Position numbers and translations under genes: made by a program. A stretch of 43,550 bases of DNA from Gemmatimonadota bacterium (lineage in GTDB: Bacteria > Gemmatimonadota > Gemmatimonadetes > Gemmatimonadales > GWC2-71-9), in the NCBI GenBank assembly GCA_003220985.1, contig QHTY01000150.1, positions 1 through 43,550 of the forward strand, in the 5' to 3' direction. Position 1 is the first letter of the stretch, and every line of letters begins with the position of its first letter. Below are positions 43,343 to 43,550 of this stretch, in pieces. The notes under the pieces were generated by a model. It was not told the origin of the DNA and searched no databases. It saw only the letters and a list, made by a program, of their open reading frames with translations.

Positions 43343-43550
43343 TGGATAGGAACCGCCTCCTCCTCGCCTTCGTGCTCATGATGATGGTGGCGATCGCGCC
43401 ATCGATCATCTGGCCCCCGAAGAAGTCGGACCGTCGGACGGTCGGACAGCCTGACAGTTTGCGTGTGAGCGATTCGTCTACGTCGCCGCGCGCCACCGCA
43501 CCGCCTGCCCCGTCCGACGGTCCGACCGTCCGACCGTCAGACGCCGATAC
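43342..43550 (+). CDS. yidC: membrane protein insertase YidC, N-terminal fragment (runs off the right edge)
   Basis: ATG 43342 overlaps the yidD TAA (TAATG). [24 protein letters not shown] is the N-terminal TM, followed by a low-complexity Pro/Ser/Asp region. The call rests on the conserved rpmH-rnpA-yidD-yidC order. Confidence 0.7.
   Translation, partial: MDRNRLLLAFVLMMMVAIAPSIIWPPKKSDRRTVGQPDSLRVSDSSTSPRATAPPAPSDGPTVRPSDAD

Noticed and set aside
43425-43534. Short repeated 8-mers as a possible CRISPR array
   Set aside because: The units are only 8 nt and contiguous, with no spacers, and they lie inside the yidC reading frame. No CRISPR-like repeat-spacer structure exists anywhere in the window.

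Overview
GC-rich bacterial chromosomal window. By eye it is about two-thirds G+C, and many high-GC shadow ORFs clutter the ORF track. It ends in the replication-origin neighbourhood: mtgA, then dnaN and dnaA on the minus strand, then divergent rpmH-rnpA-yidD-yidC. An AT-rich dnaA-dnaN spacer is the best oriC candidate. An RNase P RNA gene (rnpB, about 35143-35516) lies 7 kb from rnpA. The rest is mostly housekeeping or envelope genes: polA, csp, a GWxTD protein translationally coupled to an Slt-type lytic transglycosylase, pyrE, an MCP, an MMPL transporter, rnd, ferredoxin, TetR plus cyclase, a radical SAM enzyme and a matrixin. Four Hanks-type Ser/Thr kinases sit among uncharacterised lipoprotein and secreted-protein genes. 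The gene content (GWxTD, kinases with a juxtamembrane domain plus TPR) suggests a Gemmatimonadota/Acidobacteriota-like organism, but this is inference only. I saw no rRNA, tRNA, CRISPR, transposase, integrase or phage genes. The most notable observations are these. (1) A tandem pair of paralogous lipoprotein genes is bracketed by kinases; the first copy is split by an in-frame TAG and has a direct-repeat regulated-looking promoter. (2) Four gene-disrupting lesions occur within 13.5 kb (three frameshifts and one amber). They mean either pseudogenisation or assembly error. (3) The origin-region regulatory architecture: back-to-back dnaA/rpmH promoters with a DnaA box, a shared GGTAACTT -10-like element at rnpB and rpmH, and a (TAG)5 microsatellite in the AT-rich spacer. 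(4) An uncharacterised small-protein/lipoprotein/beta-barrel operon lies right after rnpB. All functional calls rest on motif recognition by eye; no database search was run.
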